DNA of 64,000 nucleotides from NCBI RefSeq assembly GCF_056746865.1, contig NZ_CM163382.1; one strand, 5' to 3'. Shown piece by piece: positions 1 to 10,396 of this stretch (position 1 is its first letter; each line of letters starts with the position of its first letter). The notes under the pieces were generated by a model. It saw only the letters and a program-made list of their open reading frames with translations, ran no database searches and was not told where the DNA came from. The position numbers and the translations under genes were made by a program.

Positions 1-584
1 AACAGGGTTGGCAGATCGACATACTCCACACCGAGTTCCAGTGCCGCCGCACTTGGATACGGATCGAATGCCAGCAGACGCATACCAAAACCTTTCAGAA
101 TGCGCAGCATCGCCACACCGATTTTACCGGTACCGATAACGCCTGCCGTTTTGCCATACATAGTAAAGCCGGTCAGACCTTCCAGAGAGAAGTTGGCGTC
201 ACGAGTACGCTGATACGCGCGATGAATACGGCGGTTCAGCGTCATCATCATACCGATGGCGTGTTCAGCAACGGCTTCTGGATCATAGGCTGGAACACGG
301 ACTACTTTCAGCCCCAGTTCTTTTGCCGCGTCAAGGTCGACGTTATTAAAACCGGCACAGCGCAGGGCGATATATTTAACGCCGTGCTTTTTCAGCTCTT
401 CCAGCACCGGGCGGCTGCCGTCATCGTTTACGAAAATACATACCGCTTCGCAGCCATTGGCAGTTTTAGCGGTTTTTTCCGTCAGCAGAAAGTCAAAAAA
501 TTCCAGCTCAAAGCCAAAGGACTCGTTCACCTGTTGCAGGTACTTCTTGTCGTACTGTTTTGTGCTATAAACGGCGAGTTTCAT
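1..584 (-). CDS. ldhA: D-lactate dehydrogenase, N-terminal part (gene runs off the window start)
   Basis: Reverse-strand translation from ATG at 584..582 reads MKLAVYSTKQYDKKYLQQVNESFGFELEFFDF..., recognised as fermentative D-lactate dehydrogenase; the plus-strand ORF 222..626 is its antisense shadow. Confidence 0.85.
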   Translation of the reverse strand, partial: MKLAVYSTKQYDKKYLQQVNESFGFELEFFDFLLTEKTAKTANGCEAVCIFVNDDGSRPVLEELKKHGVKYIALRCAGFNNVDLDAAKELGLKVVRVPAYDPEAVAEHAIGMMMTLNRRIHRAYQRTRDANFSLEGLTGFTMYGKTAGVIGTGKIGVAMLRILKGFGMRLLAFDPYPSAAALELGVEYVDLPTL

Positions 585-791
585 AAGACTTTCTCCAGTG
601 ATGTTGAATCACATTTAAGCTACTAAAAATATTTTACAAAATTTCAAATATAATTGAAAGCCATGGCGATATTGAAAAATTCATCAACAACTATGCTTAG
701 TGTAGGCGCAACCTTCAACTGAACGGTTAAACATGCCACAATACCCGTATTGAATGCTTAATTTTTCGCTAAATCAGGATATTAACTACCC

Positions 792-3431
792 ATGCTGGGT
801 AAATATAAAGCCGTTCTCGCGCTGTTATTACTGATTATTCTTGTGCCGTTGACGCTGCTGATGACGCTCGGCTTGTGGGTTCCCACGCTGGCGGGCATCT
901 GGCTACCGCTCGGGACACGTATTGCATTAGATGAAAGCCCACGCATTACGCGTAAAGGTTTAATCATCCCCGATCTCCGTTATCTGGTGGGAGATTGTCA
1001 GCTTGCGCATATCACCAACGCCAGCCTTTCACATCCCAGCCGCTGGTTATTGAACGTCGGTACGGTAGAACTTGATTCTGCTTGTCTGGCGAAATTGCCG
1101 CAGACGGAGCAATCGCCAGCTGCTCCAAAAACCCTCGCGCAGTGGCAGGCCATGTTGCCTAACACCTGGATCAATATCGATAAACTGATTTTTTCTCCCT
1201 GGCAGGAATGGCAGGGAAAACTCTCTCTCGCATTAACCTCCGATATCCAGCAACTGCGTTATCAGGGCGAAAAAGTTAAATTTCAAGGCCAGCTGAAAGG
1301 GCAACAACTTACAGTCAGCGAACTGGATGTCGTCGCGTTTGAAAATCAGCCGCCGGTTAAACTGGTGGGGGAATTTACTATGCCGCTAGTGCCGGATGGA
1401 CTTCCTGTAAGTGGTCATGCTACTGCGACGTTAAACTTGCCGCAGGAGCCTTCACTGGTGGATGCCGAGCTGGACTGGCAGGAAAATAGCGGGCAATTGA
1501 TTGTGCTGGCACGGGATAATGGCGATCCGTTGCTCGATCTGCCGTGGCAAATTACTCGCCAACAATTGACTGTAAGCGATGGTCGCTGGAGCTGGCCGTA
1601 TGCAGGTTTTCCTTTGAGTGGCAGACTGGGTGTCAAAGTCGACAACTGGCAGGCAGGGCTCGAGAACGCTCTGGTCAGCGGACGACTGAGTGTGCTGACC
1701 CAGGGGCAAGCGGGTAAGGGCAACGCGGTGCTTAATTTTGGCCCTGGAAAATTAAGCATGGATAACAGCCAGCTGCCTTTGCAGCTGACCGGTGAAGCGA
1801 AACAGGCGGATCTCATTTTATATGCCCGCTTACCTGCGCAGCTAAGCGGAAGTCTGACTGACCCAACGCTGGCCTTTGAGCCAGGCGCGTTATTACGTTC
1901 GAAGGGAAGAGTCATCGATTCGCTGGACATCGATGAAATCCGCTGGCCTTTAGCGGGTGTAAAAGTCACCCAACGTGGTGTTGACGGACGTTTGCAGGCC
2001 ATTTTGCAGGCGCATGAAAATGAACTGGGCGATTTCGTGCTGCATATGGATGGGCTGGCGAATGATTTTCTCCCTGACGCTGGCCGCTGGCAGTGGCGCT
2101 ACTGGGGAAAAGGGAGTTTTACACCGATGAATGCCACCTGGGATGTTGCAGGAAAAGGTGAGTGGCATGACAGCACGATTACGCTGACCGATCTCTCCAC
2201 CGGTTTCGACCAGTTACAATACGGTACGATGACGGTAGAAAAGCCGCGATTAATTCTCGACAAGCCCGTCGTCTGGGTACGTGACGCACAGCATCCCTCC
2301 TTTAGCGGCGCGCTGTCACTGGACGCCGGGCAAACGCTGTTCACTGGCGGCAGTGTGTTACCGCCATCAACCTTAAAATTTAGCGTCGATGGACGCGATC
2401 CGACGTATTTCCTATATAAAGGCGATTTACATGCTGGTGAGATTGGCCCGGTTCGGGTAAATGGTCGCTGGGACGGTATTCGTCTGCGCGGTAACGCCTG
2501 GTGGCCTAAACAATCACTGACCGTATTCCAGCCGCTGGTGCCACCCGACTGGAAGATGAACTTACGCGATGGCGAACTGTATGCTCAGGTCGCATTTTCT
2601 GCTGCGCCTGAACAAGGATTCCGCGCGGGAGGGCACGGTGTGTTGAAAGGCGGTAGTGCCTGGATGCCAGATAATCAGGTTAACGGTGTCGATTTTGTCC
2701 TGCCTTTCCGTTTTGCCGATGGAGCCTGGCATCTGGGGACTCGCGGCCCCGTTACGTTGCGAATTGCCGAAGTGATTAATCTGGTGACAGCGAAAAATAT
2801 TACGGCTGATTTGCAAGGGCGCTATCCGTGGACAGAAGAAGAACCATTGTTGTTGACTGATGTTAGCGTCGATGTGTTAGGCGGTAACGTGCTGATGAAA
2901 CAATTACGTATGCCGCAACATGACCCGGCGCTGTTGCGGCTGAATAATCTCTCATCCAGCGAACTGGTTAGCGCCGTCAATCCGAAACAATTCGCCATGT
3001 CCGGGGCATTTAGTGGTGCATTGCCGTTATGGCTAAACAACGAAAAATGGATAGTGAAAGATGGCTGGCTGGCAAATAGCGGGCCAATGACCTTGCGGCT
3101 GGATAAAGACACCGCAGATGCGGTGGTGAAAGGCAATATGACTGCGGGTTCAGCAATTAACTGGTTGCGCTATATGGAAATTAGCCGTTCATCGACAAAT
3201 ATTAATTTAGATAATCTCGGTTTATTAACCATGCAGGCCAACATTACAGGTACCAGTCGCGTTGATGGTAAAAGCGGTACGGTAAACCTTAATTACCATC
3301 ATGAAGAGAATATTTTTACGCTGTGGCGCAGTTTACGCTTTGGCGATAATCTCCAGGCATGGTTGGAGCAGAACGCACGTCTGCCGGGAAATGACTGTCC
3401 GCAAGGAAAAGAGTGTGAGGAAAAACAATGA
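792..3431 (+). CDS. ydbH: AsmA-like large envelope protein YdbH (879 aa)
   Basis: 879-aa ORF with N-terminal transmembrane segment; stop overlaps ynbE start (ATGA). Confidence 0.9.
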   Translation: MLGKYKAVLALLLLIILVPLTLLMTLGLWVPTLAGIWLPLGTRIALDESPRITRKGLIIPDLRYLVGDCQLAHITNASLSHPSRWLLNVGTVELDSACLAKLPQTEQSPAAPKTLAQWQAMLPNTWINIDKLIFSPWQEWQGKLSLALTSDIQQLRYQGEKVKFQGQLKGQQLTVSELDVVAFENQPPVKLVGEFTMPLVPDGLPVSGHATATLNLPQEPSLVDAELDWQENSGQLIVLARDNGDPLLDLPWQITRQQLTVSDGRWSWPYAGFPLSGRLGVKVDNWQAGLENALVSGRLSVLTQGQAGKGNAVLNFGPGKLSMDNSQLPLQLTGEAKQADLILYARLPAQLSGSLTDPTLAFEPGALLRSKGRVIDSLDIDEIRWPLAGVKVTQRGVDGRLQAILQAHENELGDFVLHMDGLANDFLPDAGRWQWRYWGKGSFTPMNATWDVAGKGEWHDSTITLTDLSTGFDQLQYGTMTVEKPRLILDKPVVWVRDAQHPSFSGALSLDAGQTLFTGGSVLPPSTLKFSVDGRDPTYFLYKGDLHAGEIGPVRVNGRWDGIRLRGNAWWPKQSLTVFQPLVPPDWKMNLRDGELYAQVAFSAAPEQGFRAGGHGVLKGGSAWMPDNQVNGVDFVLPFRFADGAWHLGTRGPVTLRIAEVINLVTAKNITADLQGRYPWTEEEPLLLTDVSVDVLGGNVLMKQLRMPQHDPALLRLNNLSSSELVSAVNPKQFAMSGAFSGALPLWLNNEKWIVKDGWLANSGPMTLRLDKDTADAVVKGNMTAGSAINWLRYMEISRSSTNINLDNLGLLTMQANITGTSRVDGKSGTVNLNYHHEENIFTLWRSLRFGDNLQAWLEQNARLPGNDCPQGKECEEKQ

Positions 3432-3613
3432 AAATTTTACTGGCTGCGTTGACGTCATCTTTTATGCTGGTTGGCTGTACGCCTCGCATTGAAGTCGCTG
3501 CACCTAAGGAACCGATCACTATCAATATGAACGTTAAAATTGAGCATGAGATCATCATCAAGGCAGACAAAGATGTCGAAGAGCTGCTTGAGACTCGTAG
3601 CGATCTTTTCTGA
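3428..3613 (+). CDS. ynbE: Small lipoprotein YnbE (61 aa)
   Basis: 61-aa ORF with lipobox-type signal (LVGC); start overlaps ydbH stop. Confidence 0.85.
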   Translation: MKILLAALTSSFMLVGCTPRIEVAAPKEPITINMNVKIEHEIIIKADKDVEELLETRSDLF

Positions 3614-3617
3614 GGCG

Positions 3618-3944
3618 ATGATGAAGAAAACATTACTTCTTTGTGCGTTTCTTGTTGGGCTGGTAAGCAGCAATGTAATGGCATTGACTCTGGATGAAGC
3701 CAGAACTCAGGGGCGGGTAGGTGAAACATTTTATGGTTATCTGGTTGCGCTGAAAACAGATGCTGAAACGCTGGAATTAGTAAAAGATATTAATGAAGCT
3801 CGTAATCTGAGTTACCAACAATTGGCAAAGCAAAATAATGTATCCACTGATGAGATAGCAAAATTGGCAGGGCAAAAAATGGTTGCTCGCGCGAAGCCGG
3901 GAGAATATGTGCAGGGGATTAATGGAAAATGGCTGCAAAAATAA
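3618..3944 (+). CDS. ydbL: Periplasmic protein YdbL (about 108 aa)
   Basis: ATG 5 nt after ynbE stop, GAGG 3 nt upstream, signal peptide MMKKTLLLCAFLVGLVSSNVMA; the ORF-track start at 3540 lies inside ynbE. Confidence 0.8.
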   Translation: MMKKTLLLCAFLVGLVSSNVMALTLDEARTQGRVGETFYGYLVALKTDAETLELVKDINEARNLSYQQLAKQNNVSTDEIAKLAGQKMVARAKPGEYVQGINGKWLQK

Positions 3945-4369
3945 TTTCATATCCATATCCATATTCATTATGTTGCGCCATTTTGTGAATATTTAAGGGA
4001 AAATAAGTTCTGGACTAAGGCGATTTTTATTTGCATCTATTGAATTGTTATAAGTCCGATATAGGGGAGTGTCTATTTTATTTTTGATGGTTTTTTATGT
4101 GTAATTATAATTGTAAGAAATGTTATATTATTTAGTATTTACTGGGTGTATTGTTTTTTAATGCCTTAACCTCTTATTAAATATCATTTAAGTTGAATTG
4201 ACTTCAACGGATAGTATAAATTATTAGAACATCACATATTTTTGATTGGTTCTTTATTTATATTTCTTTCGTGAATATAAACACCAATCATGGTCTTGCG
4301 TTCCGTCAAAAAGGCCCGCTTTTATTTTTGTCGACTGGCGTGCAACGCTCTATTTCTAAGGAAATATAA

Positions 4370-7300
4370 ATGCAAAGGAAAAAATTGTTGTCTGTGTGTG
4401 TGGCGATGGCATTGAGCGGTCAGACATGGGCAACTGATACATCGATCCTGGATATAACTGATGACACCCGGAAATCCAGCAAGATCACATGTCCGGCGAA
4501 TATTCATTCTATTAGCAAAGAGCAGTTAGCTAAATTACCATCAGAATGTCGGGATTCTGATGACAGCGCCGTAATGAGCTGGACTGCAGCTGGCCTGGTT
4601 GCAGTCGTTACAGGAGCCGCGGTGATGGCGCTTAATGATGGTGATCATCATGACAGTTCAGAACCAGATGACGGTGGTGATACACCTGTTCCACCAGATG
4701 ACGGTGGTGATACACCTGTTCCACCAGATGACGGTGGTGATACACCTGTTCCTCCAGATGACGGTGGCGATACACCAGTTCCACCAGACGATGGTGGCGA
4801 TACACCAGTTCCACCAGACGACGGTGGTGATACACCTGTTCCTCCAGATGACGGTGGCGACGTCACTCCACCAAAAGAGCCCAAAATCTTCAATAACAGT
4901 GTCACATTCGACGAAGACAAAGGCACGCTGCAAATTCGCAATGCCACCTTTACCTACAGCAAAAACAGTGATGGAAGTTACACCCTGACGGCTGAAGATG
5001 GCCGAACCTCTATTGTGCAGGGCTGGGATGTCGACACCGATGCCAATACGGTAGAAATTACCGGCGTGAATAACCTTGGCGGTATGACGTGGTGTTACGG
5101 TAAAGACGGCATTATCTATATCACCAAAACCGTCGGCGCAACGGTGGATGACCCCGCGAACAGCAACGTATTTAACCTCAGCGATGCGGTGCTCACCGAC
5201 CAGGGCGGTAATGCCGCGCTGAATGGCGCGACGGTGATTGAAATAAACGGCAGCAGGATCGCCCTTAATAACGACGGTGATATTTCTGCTACGGGAAAAG
5301 ATTCTGTGGTTGTGGCGATAACCGGAAACGATATTACCGTTAACAATAACGGCCATATGGTTGTCGATGGCGGCACAGCGGGCGTGGTTAACGGCGATCG
5401 TGCAATCCTGAATAACCGCGGTGATGCAGTGATCACTAACGGCGGCACGGGTGTCATTGTGACGGGTGACAACGCGGTTATCAACAACATGGGGCAAAGC
5501 GATATTGATGGCGACAACTCGGTATCGGTAAAAGTTGCAGGAAACGCAACCAGAATCAGAATGGAAGGCGGGATCAATGTCAGCGGTGGCGCGCATGGCA
5601 TTGATGCCACCGGTGATAATAACGAAGTCAGCAACAAGGGCAACATTTCGGTGGTGGATGCGCATTCCACGGGCGTGCTGCTGAACGGCGATCGCGCGTC
5701 ATTCATTAATATGGGTGATATTAACGTTAGCGGAGGTGCAGCGGACGATCACTCTAATGGTGTGCAGATCAACGGCGATAACAGTACCTTTATCAACGTT
5801 GGAGATTTAAATGCCGACGACAGGGCGACCGGGGTGAAAATTAACGGTGACGCCAGCGACATTGCCCTGGCCGGGGCGATGCATGTCGGGGATTTTTCCA
5901 CCGGGCTGGAGGTGATGGGTAAAAACAATGATCTGTCGTTGTCCACCAATATGATGGATGTCACCGGGAAACAGTCCACCGGGGTGACCATTACAGGTGA
6001 TGATAATACCATTGATATCACCGGTGATATGGTCGTTGATCAAAACTCTGTCGGGGCGAAAATTGTCGGCGATCGCGTTTCGTTGCAACAGAAAGGTGAT
6101 ATTACCGTTAACGGTGCGGGGCACGGCGTTGAAGTCAGCGGTAGTAAGACGACAATCAATAATCAGGGCAAACTGACCGTAAAAGATCAAGACTCAATCG
6201 GTATCGTTATCACCGGAGATGACGCGCAATTTACTACCGTGGGTGAGATTGATGTCTCGCTGAACGGTACGGGTGTTGCGATCAGCGGCGATCGTGAACA
6301 AGTGAATTTGAGCGGTGATATAAATGTCATTCAGGAGCGTGACGGCAGCGGTACTTTCCAGGGCGGAACGGGCATCAGCATAATGAGCAACGACAGCAGT
6401 ATGCTGTTGACGGGAAACATTAATGTGACGTCCAGTATGGGGGACCAACCGTCCACCTCACCCCAGTCGTTAACCGGCGTTACCATCGAGGGGGAAAACA
6501 ATACTGTCGATCTGGAAGGCGACATCAATATTACTGTCGATTCGGATTACCTGGGGGATGAAAACAGTCTTTACGGCGTGGTTGTTTTGGGTACAAACAA
6601 CACCATCAATCTCGATGGTGGTATCAATATCTCTGGTGATAGTGGTGGACATACTATCAAAGGTGTGCAGGTAACAGGAAATAATACCGTCAATATAAGT
6701 GGTCATTCCGTAATGAATACCCGACAGATATTGGGATCCTTCTCTCTGATTTCGGTGGCTGATGGCGGGAATGTCATATTTGATGAAAACGCGATAACCG
6801 AGATTCAGAGTTCAGTGAGAGATAGTGACTATCTTTTTTTCGATGCATCGTTAATTGTTGCTACGGGAAACCAGTCTGTTATTCAGAACAACGGCATTAT
6901 TAATACAACCGATGCTCAAGAATTAATGATGGCGAATTCGGGGGCGCAAGTTGTCAATGCCGGGGTGATTAATATCAGGCCAGATGCTGAATCACACACT
7001 TTCTTTGCTGGAATGATGGCAAGAAGCGATGACTCGCAGGCAAAAAATGCCTCCGGAGGAACAATCAATCTGACATCCATTACCCGGCCTTTTAGCAGCG
7101 GAGGATTTAACGAGCGCCCGATCAAATGGTATCACAACACGGGTTATGCCTTGTTGGCCAGTAATTACGGATCGGTAATCAATGAAACAGGAGCAACCAT
7201 TAATTTGCATGGTGCAGGAACCTATGGTGTTTCCGCTTCAAAAGGAACGGCGACCAATGCGGGCGAGATAAATGTCGACGGCTTTGTTCCAATAGTAGAT

Positions 7301-10189
7301 GAAAACGGTAATATTATTGATGAAACTTACTGGCAGACCAATTCCGTATATCTGATGGGGGGCGGGATGTTGGCAGGTTCAACGGATACCGGCGACGGTG
7401 ATGCTAAAGCGGTGAATACCGGTATCATCAACGTTAAGAATGAAGGCTTCGGCATGCTGGCGATGAACGGTGGGACCGTTGTAAACCAAGGGACAATCAA
7501 TCTCACCGCCGATGAGGGCGTGACGAAGCAGCAAGATAACCAACTGTTCGCGATGGGAGCCATTCAGGGTGGTCTGGCGATTAATGACCAGGATGGGGTT
7601 ATTAATATTAACACTGATATTGGCCAGGCGTTTTATAAAGATGGCACCGGCACCATTCTCAACTATGGAAAAATTAATCTTTTCGGTAATCCAATGGATG
7701 AAAGTGATTCCCACATTGGCGTTACGCCGGATGACAAAGATATTCTCAGTGAGCTGTCTGGCAGCGGCGAGAGCATCAGTAAAACTACAACTAGCGACGG
7801 TTTTATCGCAGTTAATAACCTGGCAAACTATGGCGACGAAACGCTTAACGGCGACGTTATAGCAAATGGCTGGATATTCAACCAACCTGATGCCAGCCTA
7901 ACAATCAACGGCGAACTGAGCGTAAACCAGGGGTTGGAAAACAGTGGTCACCTGGATGTTGACAGCATTAACAGCAAAACCACGATATATAACCGTGAAA
8001 CAGGGAGCATAACAACCGATCTGCTGACGTTGAATGGCGCGGTTTCCTTCTTTAATGAAGGCGAATTTAATGGTTCAATTACCGGAGACAGCTACCAACA
8101 GAATGTGGTGAATACCGATGAAATGACGGTGACCGAAGATGGCCACTCACTCGTCAACGGAAGTTTCCTGTTCTTCAATGAGGCTGGCGCGACCCTGACA
8201 AATAGCGGTAATGCGGTAACGGGCGGGGAAAACGCGATTATTCATGTAACCAGAACCAGTGATTCTGTTTCGCAGGTTAACCGTGGCACCATCACGGCCA
8301 CAAATGGCTATAGCGCAATCAAAACTGAAAATACTGGCTCGAACAGTAACGGGAAATGGATTTGGAATACGGAAACAGGAGTGATAAATGGTATTAATCC
8401 TGCTGCACCGTTGGTTGATTTAGGACGAGGTTATAACTTTGCTAACGCTGGCGTTATTAATGTTCAGGGCGATAATGCAGTGGGCATCAGTGGCGGCACA
8501 ACCAGCTATGTTGTCCAGTTGGTGAACAGTGGCATCATTAATGTGGGTACTGAGCAGGGGCAACTGGATGGAACCAACGGCGAAGGTTTAATTGGTATTA
8601 AGGGCAATGGTCGGGAAACGACAATTAATAACACGCAAACGGGTGTGATTAATGTCTATGCCGATAACTCCTGGGCGTTTGGTGGGCAAACGAAAGCCAT
8701 CATTAACAACGGTGAAATTAATCTGCTGTGTGACACCGGATGCGATATTTATGCTCCAGGAACGACGGGGGCGCAAAACGATCACAACGGTACTGCGGAT
8801 ATTACCGTACCAGAGGCATCAACCACGCCGCCACAAGGTAATGTTCCAACGCCACCTGTCGATTCAAATGCACCGCAACTGCTGAGCAACTATACCATTG
8901 GTACCAACAGCGACGGGAGTTCGGGTACGCTCAGCGCGAATAACCTGGTTATTGGCGACAACGTGAGTGTTAACGCCGGGTTTAGTGCAGGAACTGCGGA
9001 CACCACCGTTGTCGTTAACGATGTATTCAAAGGCGAAAACATCAGCGGTGTGGATAACATCGTTTCCTCTACTGTTGTCTGGAACGCTAAAGGCAGCACC
9101 GATGCCAGCGGCAACGTTGACGTCACTATGAGCAAAAACGCTTATACCGATGTGGCGACCGATGCTTCGGTGAATGACGTCGCGAAAGCACTGGATGCGG
9201 GTTACACCAACAACGAGCTGTATACCAGCCTGAACGTCGGCACGACTGCCGAACTGAACAGTGCCCTGAAACAGGTCAGCGGTAGCCAGGCGACCACGGT
9301 ATTCCGCGAAGCGCGCGTGCTAAGCAACCGCTTTAGCATGCTGGCGGATGCCGCACCGAAAGTGGGTAACGGTCTGGCGTTCAACGTTGTTGCGAAAGGC
9401 GATCCGCGCGCGGAGCTGGGGAACAATACCGAGTACGACATGCTGGCATTGCGTAAAACCATCGACCTGAGCGAAAGCCAGACGATGAGTCTGGAGTACG
9501 GTATCGCGCGCCTCGATGGCGACGGTGCGCAGAAAGCGGGTGATAATGGCGTTACAGGCGGTTATAGCCAGTTCTTTGGCCTGAAACATCAGATGTCCTT
9601 CGACAACGGCATGAACTGGAATAACGCATTGCGTTATGACGTTCACAACCTTGACAGCAGCCGTTCGATTGCATTTAGCAACACAAACAAAACGGCTGAT
9701 ACCGACGTGAAGCAGCAGTACCTGGAGTTCCGCAGCGAAGGGGCGAAGACTTTCGAACCGAGCGAAGGACTGAAGGTTACGCCATATGCGGGTGTTAAAC
9801 TGCGTCACACACTGGAAGGTGGCTATCAAGAGCGCAATGCCGGAGACTTTAACCTGAATATGAACAGTGGCAGCGAAACGGCGGTGGACAGCATCGTCGG
9901 GTTGAAACTGGATTACGCAGGTAAAGACGGCTGGAGCGCTAGCGCTACGCTGGAAGGCGGGCCGAACCTGAGCTACGCGAAGAGCCAGCGTACGGCAAGC
10001 CTGGCAGGCGCAGGCAGTCAGCACTTTAATGTCGATGACGGTCAGAAGGGCGGCGGCATCAACAGCCTGGCAAGCGTCGGCGTGAAGTACAGCAGCAAAG
10101 AAAGTTCGCTGAATCTGGATGCTTACCACTGGAAAGAGGACGGCATCAGCGATAAAGGCGTGATGCTGAACTTCAAGAAAACGTTCTAA
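4370..10189 (+). CDS. ydbA: Giant autotransporter adhesin-like protein YdbA, intact 1939-aa ORF
   Basis: Signal peptide MQRKKLLSVCVAMALSGQTWA, Gly/Asn/Asp-rich passenger with periodic ~20-aa motifs (beta-helix type), C-terminal beta-barrel ending in ...NFKKTF; single uninterrupted frame. Confidence 0.85.
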   Translation: MQRKKLLSVCVAMALSGQTWATDTSILDITDDTRKSSKITCPANIHSISKEQLAKLPSECRDSDDSAVMSWTAAGLVAVVTGAAVMALNDGDHHDSSEPDDGGDTPVPPDDGGDTPVPPDDGGDTPVPPDDGGDTPVPPDDGGDTPVPPDDGGDTPVPPDDGGDVTPPKEPKIFNNSVTFDEDKGTLQIRNATFTYSKNSDGSYTLTAEDGRTSIVQGWDVDTDANTVEITGVNNLGGMTWCYGKDGIIYITKTVGATVDDPANSNVFNLSDAVLTDQGGNAALNGATVIEINGSRIALNNDGDISATGKDSVVVAITGNDITVNNNGHMVVDGGTAGVVNGDRAILNNRGDAVITNGGTGVIVTGDNAVINNMGQSDIDGDNSVSVKVAGNATRIRMEGGINVSGGAHGIDATGDNNEVSNKGNISVVDAHSTGVLLNGDRASFINMGDINVSGGAADDHSNGVQINGDNSTFINVGDLNADDRATGVKINGDASDIALAGAMHVGDFSTGLEVMGKNNDLSLSTNMMDVTGKQSTGVTITGDDNTIDITGDMVVDQNSVGAKIVGDRVSLQQKGDITVNGAGHGVEVSGSKTTINNQGKLTVKDQDSIGIVITGDDAQFTTVGEIDVSLNGTGVAISGDREQVNLSGDINVIQERDGSGTFQGGTGISIMSNDSSMLLTGNINVTSSMGDQPSTSPQSLTGVTIEGENNTVDLEGDINITVDSDYLGDENSLYGVVVLGTNNTINLDGGINISGDSGGHTIKGVQVTGNNTVNISGHSVMNTRQILGSFSLISVADGGNVIFDENAITEIQSSVRDSDYLFFDASLIVATGNQSVIQNNGIINTTDAQELMMANSGAQVVNAGVINIRPDAESHTFFAGMMARSDDSQAKNASGGTINLTSITRPFSSGGFNERPIKWYHNTGYALLASNYGSVINETGATINLHGAGTYGVSASKGTATNAGEINVDGFVPIVDENGNIIDETYWQTNSVYLMGGGMLAGSTDTGDGDAKAVNTGIINVKNEGFGMLAMNGGTVVNQGTINLTADEGVTKQQDNQLFAMGAIQGGLAINDQDGVININTDIGQAFYKDGTGTILNYGKINLFGNPMDESDSHIGVTPDDKDILSELSGSGESISKTTTSDGFIAVNNLANYGDETLNGDVIANGWIFNQPDASLTINGELSVNQGLENSGHLDVDSINSKTTIYNRETGSITTDLLTLNGAVSFFNEGEFNGSITGDSYQQNVVNTDEMTVTEDGHSLVNGSFLFFNEAGATLTNSGNAVTGGENAIIHVTRTSDSVSQVNRGTITATNGYSAIKTENTGSNSNGKWIWNTETGVINGINPAAPLVDLGRGYNFANAGVINVQGDNAVGISGGTTSYVVQLVNSGIINVGTEQGQLDGTNGEGLIGIKGNGRETTINNTQTGVINVYADNSWAFGGQTKAIINNGEINLLCDTGCDIYAPGTTGAQNDHNGTADITVPEASTTPPQGNVPTPPVDSNAPQLLSNYTIGTNSDGSSGTLSANNLVIGDNVSVNAGFSAGTADTTVVVNDVFKGENISGVDNIVSSTVVWNAKGSTDASGNVDVTMSKNAYTDVATDASVNDVAKALDAGYTNNELYTSLNVGTTAELNSALKQVSGSQATTVFREARVLSNRFSMLADAAPKVGNGLAFNVVAKGDPRAELGNNTEYDMLALRKTIDLSESQTMSLEYGIARLDGDGAQKAGDNGVTGGYSQFFGLKHQMSFDNGMNWNNALRYDVHNLDSSRSIAFSNTNKTADTDVKQQYLEFRSEGAKTFEPSEGLKVTPYAGVKLRHTLEGGYQERNAGDFNLNMNSGSETAVDSIVGLKLDYAGKDGWSASATLEGGPNLSYAKSQRTASLAGAGSQHFNVDDGQKGGGINSLASVGVKYSSKESSLNLDAYHWKEDGISDKGVMLNFKKTF
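4664..4873 (+). repeat. Seven near-identical 30-nt tandem units encoding PPDDGGDTPV inside ydbA
   Basis: Direct reading of the sequence: repeated ccagatgacggtggtgatacacctgttcca units with a few synonymous changes. Confidence 0.9.
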
Positions 10190-10209
10190 TTTTTAGCATG
10201 TGATACACA

Positions 10210-10241
10210 AACCGCAATGCTGATACAGGTTGCGGTTTTTT
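10210..10241 (+). terminator. Rho-independent terminator after ydbA
   Basis: Stem aaccgcaa / ttgcggtt followed by a T-run. Confidence 0.7.
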
Positions 10242-10396
10242 ATTGCCGGATGCGATGCTTTAGGCGTTTTGTTTTGGTGTCTTCAAGGATAACAGAGCAA
10301 CTCATCCAGTAATCTTGTTTACGCCTTCGCATTATTTATCTCTTTTCGTTTCTATACTGATTTTTCTTAATCCGTTTTATTACAGGGCAGGGTGCG

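Noticed and set aside
222-626. 134-aa plus-strand ORF at the window start
   Set aside because: Lies antisense within ldhA, whose minus-strand translation is an unmistakable D-lactate dehydrogenase; shadow ORF
4632-5706. Several minus-strand and alternate-frame ORFs (67 to 335 aa) across the start of ydbA
   Set aside because: Artefacts of the repetitive, GC-skewed ydbA passenger and the 30-nt tandem repeat; the plus-strand 1939-aa frame explains the region
9320-10129. 269-aa minus-strand ORF within the 3' part of ydbA
   Set aside because: Antisense to the autotransporter beta-barrel coding region; no independent start signals
10242-10290. Possible REP-like element after ydbA (gccggatgcgatgctttaggcg)
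   Set aside because: Only partial resemblance to the REP consensus and no clear palindrome; not called
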